From NCBI GenBank assembly GCA_002269645.1, contig NIVC01001886.1, positions 115,128-179,127 of the forward strand: 64,000 nt of DNA, written 5' to 3'. Position 1 is the stretch's first letter. Each line of letters starts with the position of its first letter. The translations under genes and the position numbers were made by a program. Under the pieces are notes generated by a model that saw nothing but the letters and a program-made list of their open reading frames with translations, made no database searches and was not told the DNA's origin. Shown here in pieces: positions 60,201 through 64,000 of the stretch. Origin of the DNA: Macrostomum lignano. Lineage: Eukaryota.

Positions 60201-60654
60201 CGGCATCATCAGAGCTGGTAACAGCTTCGACTGCCGATGTCACCGCAACTACCAGCGAAACCGGCGGAGCAGCAGTCCGCCCAGCTACTCGGAAGCCATC
60301 GGGATGCCCCGACCAGCGGTTGTGGCAGCACACGACTCTGGTCAGCGAACGCCGCCACCGCCGCCGTCGTATCGTGACGCCATCTGGCTGCTGCTTCGTC
60401 GCGTCTCGGCATCGCTCAATGATCAACGGCAACAACAGCAGCAGGCTGCTTACGACGACAATGATTACACTGACGAAACCGAAGACCGGCGACCTCGCAG
60501 CCGCCTCCAGCTCGGGCTGCCTGACTCAAACGGATTCGAACTGTTGCCGCGCAGCTCCAGCGAATTGATCCGACCGCCGCTGTTGCTTAGCAACCGACTG
60601 ATTATTGCCAATCCGGGAGCGACTGAGGCGGCGACTCAAGCTGACGAAGTTTAA
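57218..60654 (+). CDS. TMEM151: TMEM151 family membrane protein; exons 57218-57571, 58987-59325, 59529-59844, 60200-60654
   Basis: QRP..SHWKC, YLAYLIECW, LWWKMTAYHY, RVNS, ERLDDYAETREG, PWY..LSWPLRI..HVQKSFG. Phase-consistent GT-AG junctions (0,0,1). Confidence 0.92.
58490..58671 (-). mobile_element. tRNA-derived SINE-like element (second family)
   Basis: Minus-strand head AGCAGCTCAACGGTAGACGCG..GGTTCGATTCC followed by unrelated body; does not fold as a tRNA; 3' boundary uncertain. Confidence 0.55.
59345..59457. repeat. 46-bp tandem duplication (about 2.4 copies)
   Basis: TGTTAGCAAAACCGCTTGAGTAACTTGGCTAACCGGTTCAGTATCT repeated. Confidence 0.9.
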
Positions 60655-61049
60655 AAAGCGGACTGCCTAATTATGTGAATGAAACCACAACAGAGTAACT
60701 TATCAGTGCATTTTCCTAAGTTTGCTTAATATAAGATGGACCCTATCCAATAGACGGGACCTGCTGTCTGTTAGGCTTTCACCATGACGTCTTCTGTATC
60801 CCAGCCCACACAGCCCAAGCCTCAAGCACAGTCAGAATGTACAAAAACGATTCTCCACGAGCCTATGGCATCTGATCTGCTAAGAAATTTCATATGAACC
60901 TTTGGAATGTGAACAATTTCCGTTGAGCCAATTGGCGTCTGAGCAACACCTATGACTAACCCTATGAAGGACCACTAGAACTTGCTTAAAGCTCCAAGAC
61001 TGCGGATGACCTGTTCTCATTAATCTCAAATCTGTGGTCTGCGGCTCAA

Positions 61050-61554
61050 TTTGCTGCTGTACTCGTAATATACTCAAAGTTATCTAAACCTAACATAACC
61101 TGTTTTTGCCTCACAAAAGCAATAAATCTTAATGCCCTACCGCGCTTTTTTTGCTGGAGTGTAATTGGCGGAACAGCACTCTTCCTCTGAACAGCACCAG
61201 TTCTTCTACGCTTAGCTTCTTCTATGGCATGTTCCGGCAGATCTGCGGCACACAGTTGATGAAGGGCCTGCCCTTAGCTAGAGGATCAGCGGTGCCAAAG
61301 TTGGTGCAGTCGTAGAAGCGTAGTAGACTGCTGATCTGCTGACGCCTGTCTCTTTGCAGACAGGCTCGCAGCTGGAAGAATGGTGTAGCATTGAACTCCA
61401 TTTTAGACCAATGGAAACGTTGAATGCACCATCGTCAGCGGCAATATCTTGTTTGCCTTGATCTGTTTCGTCTTCATCATCAGTGAAAACACTGTCGTCT
61501 TCTTCTTCAAACTCACGATCGGTGTCGGGGTCAAAATGCCTTGCTCGATTCATC
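61050..61554 (-). pseudogene. piggyBac (PGBD-type) transposase remnant
   Basis: Acidic N-terminus, then after a frame change TPFFQLRACLQRDRRQQISSLLRFYD..DPLAKGRPFIN..KKLSVEELVLFRGRVLFRQ..CEAKTGYV; stops and frameshifts. Confidence 0.75.
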
Positions 61555-61557
61555 ATG

Positions 61558-61866
61558 ACAATAATAATAATAATAATAGTGCTAATTGATTGCACTTGCC
61601 CCAATCGACAGATGTGCAACCGACAGCTCAGCCGCAGCTATTGCGCGGCGCATCTGAAGGCTGCGTACGGCTGTTCAGTCCAAGGACTGGGGGGTCGCCA
61701 CACACCAAAATTACCCCAGCTAATGCTGGCACCCATTTTACAGCTGAGTGAACTGAACCAATGCAGAGTTAAGTGTCTTGCTCAAGGACACAAATTGTTC
61801 CGAGTAGGTCGGGAATCGAACCTCCGACCTTTTAGTCCAACGCTTTAACCACTAGGCTACAACCCC
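61558..61866 (-). mobile_element. tRNA-headed CORE-SINE with (TTA)n tail
   Basis: A/B boxes; CCCATTTTACAGCTGAGTGAACTG..AGAGTTAAGTGTCTTGCTCAAGGACACA (~61730-61792) matches the MIR/CORE motif; (TAA)n at 61559-61577. Confidence 0.88.
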
Positions 61867-62629
61867 AGAAGATAAATCTGCTCTATTCCCATGCAGCCTT
61901 GGCACCCAAGCAATCACCCGACTTGAACTGCGAACGAAAGAATTGTAAAAAAACACGGCTTAAGTAACCAACATATCCTTACGCAGTCGCGTTGAATCTT
62001 TTATGAACACAAATCTAATAAAACTGTTTTTAACAATTTTGTTTAAACAAATCTGTATTTTATATATTGTCATTGTAATCAGATTAAGATTCACCAGTCC
62101 CAGTATATATGTATCATAGTAGCCAGTAGTAAATGTACATTAACGGAATTTCTCTCTGTACTTCAGTGCCGTCAGGCTCTGGCTGGGGAAAGAAGGCCCA
62201 GTTGGTTGATCTAATTCACGTTAGGGATGATCAGCTATTGTTTTCCCACGTATTTATATCCCCCGGAGTATACTAGTGTCACTGTTAATTGAAAAATAGG
62301 TCGTTAGTAGCTTTTAATAAATATAAAATATATATATAACAGTATTTCGGTGCAATTTTATAATGACACTGAGGCATCTTACGCAGAAAAGGATAAATTA
62401 TATACACAATACCAGAACGCCAATACGTTATGGATGTACACGCCAGCATAACTAAAGTACTTCGACAGTGCCAATGTGCTTCTTGGTCTGGGCTTGGGTG
62501 GCGAGAGGTTCGACTTTGGTTGCTTGCTTTGGTTAGGAAAAGGTCGAGATGAGAGCCTGCAGGGGCTGAGAGAAGAACGGACTGACACAGGCAAACAGAC
62601 GTAGACAGACTGGTACAGGCATACAAACA

Positions 62630-62955
62630 GACTGAGACAAACAGACTGAGACAAACAGACTGAGACAAACAGACTGAGACAAACAGACTGAGACAAACAG
62701 ACTGAGACAAGCAGACTGAGACAAACAGACTTGAGACAAATAGACAGAGTCAGACAGACTGAGGCAAACAGACTGAGACAGACAGAGACAAGCAAGCAAA
62801 CAGACTGAGATAAATAAACAAGCAGACAAACAGACGGAGACAAACAGACGGAGGCAAACAGACTGAGAGAGACAGACAGACTGAGACAAACAGACAGACT
62901 GAGAAAAACAGACAAGCAGACAAACAGGCAGAGACAAATAGACGGAGACAGACAA
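62630..62955. repeat. (GACAAACAGACTGA)n 14-bp repeat grading into degenerate GACA repeats
   Basis: Direct reading. Confidence 0.9.
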
Positions 62956-63101
62956 ACTTTAGGCTGTTTCGACACAAAGCAGAGTATATCTTATTTTATT
63001 AGCTACCCCTAACAAACGCGAATGGCCGAAACAGATTTTAATAAAGAAAAGCTGAATTCGAAAAAAAACAGAGACGGTGAAAAAGACGCACTCCACGCAG
63101 G

Positions 63102-64000
63102 TCACGTGGCCGCTTGGCCGCGCAGCTCTTTGTCCAAAATGGACTGCAAATCGCTCAGCATGTCGCAGATATCGTCCAAGTTTGAGAACGAATCGTCTCG
63201 TGGTGGCGCTTTGAGACCGTGAAACGGCCGCCGGCTGTGGGGTGAACAGGAACGGTTTTTTGGTCTTTAAATCACCTCATACAATATCCTACTCGCATAG
63301 TCTCTAGATGGTGCCTGTGATATTTCTGTACCATAATTGAATTCAAATAATATTCTTCATGCAACATCCATGATCTTCCAGTACCACTAACGGACTCAAA
63401 TAATATTCTTCATGCAACATCCATGATCTTCCAGTACCACTATCGGATTCAAATAAATCTTTATGCAACATCCATGATCTTCCAGTACCACTAACGGACT
63501 CAAATAATATTCTTCATGCAACATCCTTGATCTTCCAGTACCACTAACGGACTCAAATAATATTCTTCATGCAACATCCATGATCTTCCAGTACCACTAA
63601 CGGATTCAAATAAATCTTTATGCAACATTCTTGATCTTCCAGTACCACTAACGGGTTTAAAAAATATATTCTTCATGCAACATCCGTGATTTTCTAGCAC
63701 AATTGGAAGCAAACATCACGCACCTGGATTAAAATATTTTCAAGCAGTCTATGATCCAATGCAACTCATGCGGCATCCCGTCATCATTGCTGAAATCTTC
63801 TTCAGGGAAGCTCTCTTACCACTGCTTCGTGTGTCCTTACCGATTAGCGGCTGGCGACGCGCCGGCAGCCGACATCCCGATTAGATGCTGCTGCTGCCGC
63901 TGCGGCACGGGCGGACCAGTGCGCAGGCCGCCGATCTTCGGACTGCCGCCACCACCAGCCGGAGACCGACTAGGCGAGGAATGCGAATGGCTGTGCGACA
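63102..64000 (-). CDS. 3' end of a gene entering from beyond the window; exons >64000-63841 and 63234-63102; caskin-tail-like C-terminus
   Basis: Donor CG|GTAAGG and acceptor CCCCACAG|C join in phase 2: ..SPSRSPAGGGGSPK..ANR-RRPFHGLKAPPRDDSFSNLDDICDMLSDLQSILDKELRGQAAT*. Resembles the caskin tail [20 protein letters not shown] (recalled). Confidence 0.6.
63340..63690. repeat. 53/51-bp minisatellite (AATAATATTCTTCATGCAACATCCATGATCTTCCAGTACCACTAACGGACTCA)n
   Basis: About 6.5 units in the last intron of the terminal gene. Confidence 0.93.

Noticed and set aside
1-64000. Fanzor/TnpB, tyrosine recombinase or viral ORFs
   Set aside because: No RuvC, YR or viral hallmark motifs recognised in the track or by reading; short degenerate remnants cannot be excluded without HMM searches.

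Overview
This is eukaryotic (metazoan) genomic DNA, not prokaryotic. It has GC-rich exons with Ala/Gln/Gly runs, AT-rich introns, and about 18 minisatellite arrays covering roughly a quarter of the window. The style suggests a Macrostomum-like flatworm (inference only). Spliced genes rebuilt by hand with phase-consistent GT-AG junctions: a ZDHHC23-like palmitoyltransferase (+), an RNF38/RNF44-like RING-H2 ligase (-), SMARCD/BAF60 (-), TMEM151 (+), and the 3' end of a possible caskin-like gene (-). Two intronless SNAPC2-like ORFs lie in tandem (-). Mobile DNA: decayed hAT, Merlin/IS1595-type, MULE (PHD-bearing), piggyBac and RTE-like elements, three tRNA-derived SINE copies (one with a MIR-like CORE), and at least eight short TIR elements, six of them with exact 8-9 bp target-site duplications (TSDs). 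Top lead: three short TIR elements, with two unrelated terminal repeats, carry the same ~115-bp cargo. It contains a 64-bp copy of the 28S rRNA H69-H71 segment, the target of R2, Pokey and I-PpoI, with changes clustered at the cleavage site. Other leads: the ZDHHC has lost all four ligands of one zinc site; SMARCD exon 2 is flanked by inverted copies of one minisatellite; a death-fold-like ORF fused to a (STPNGVPT)n array is nested in an RNF38 intron; and four co-oriented genes each have a splice acceptor just before the ATG. Most very long ORFs in the supplied track are repeat artefacts. Protein family calls come from motif recognition, not database searches.
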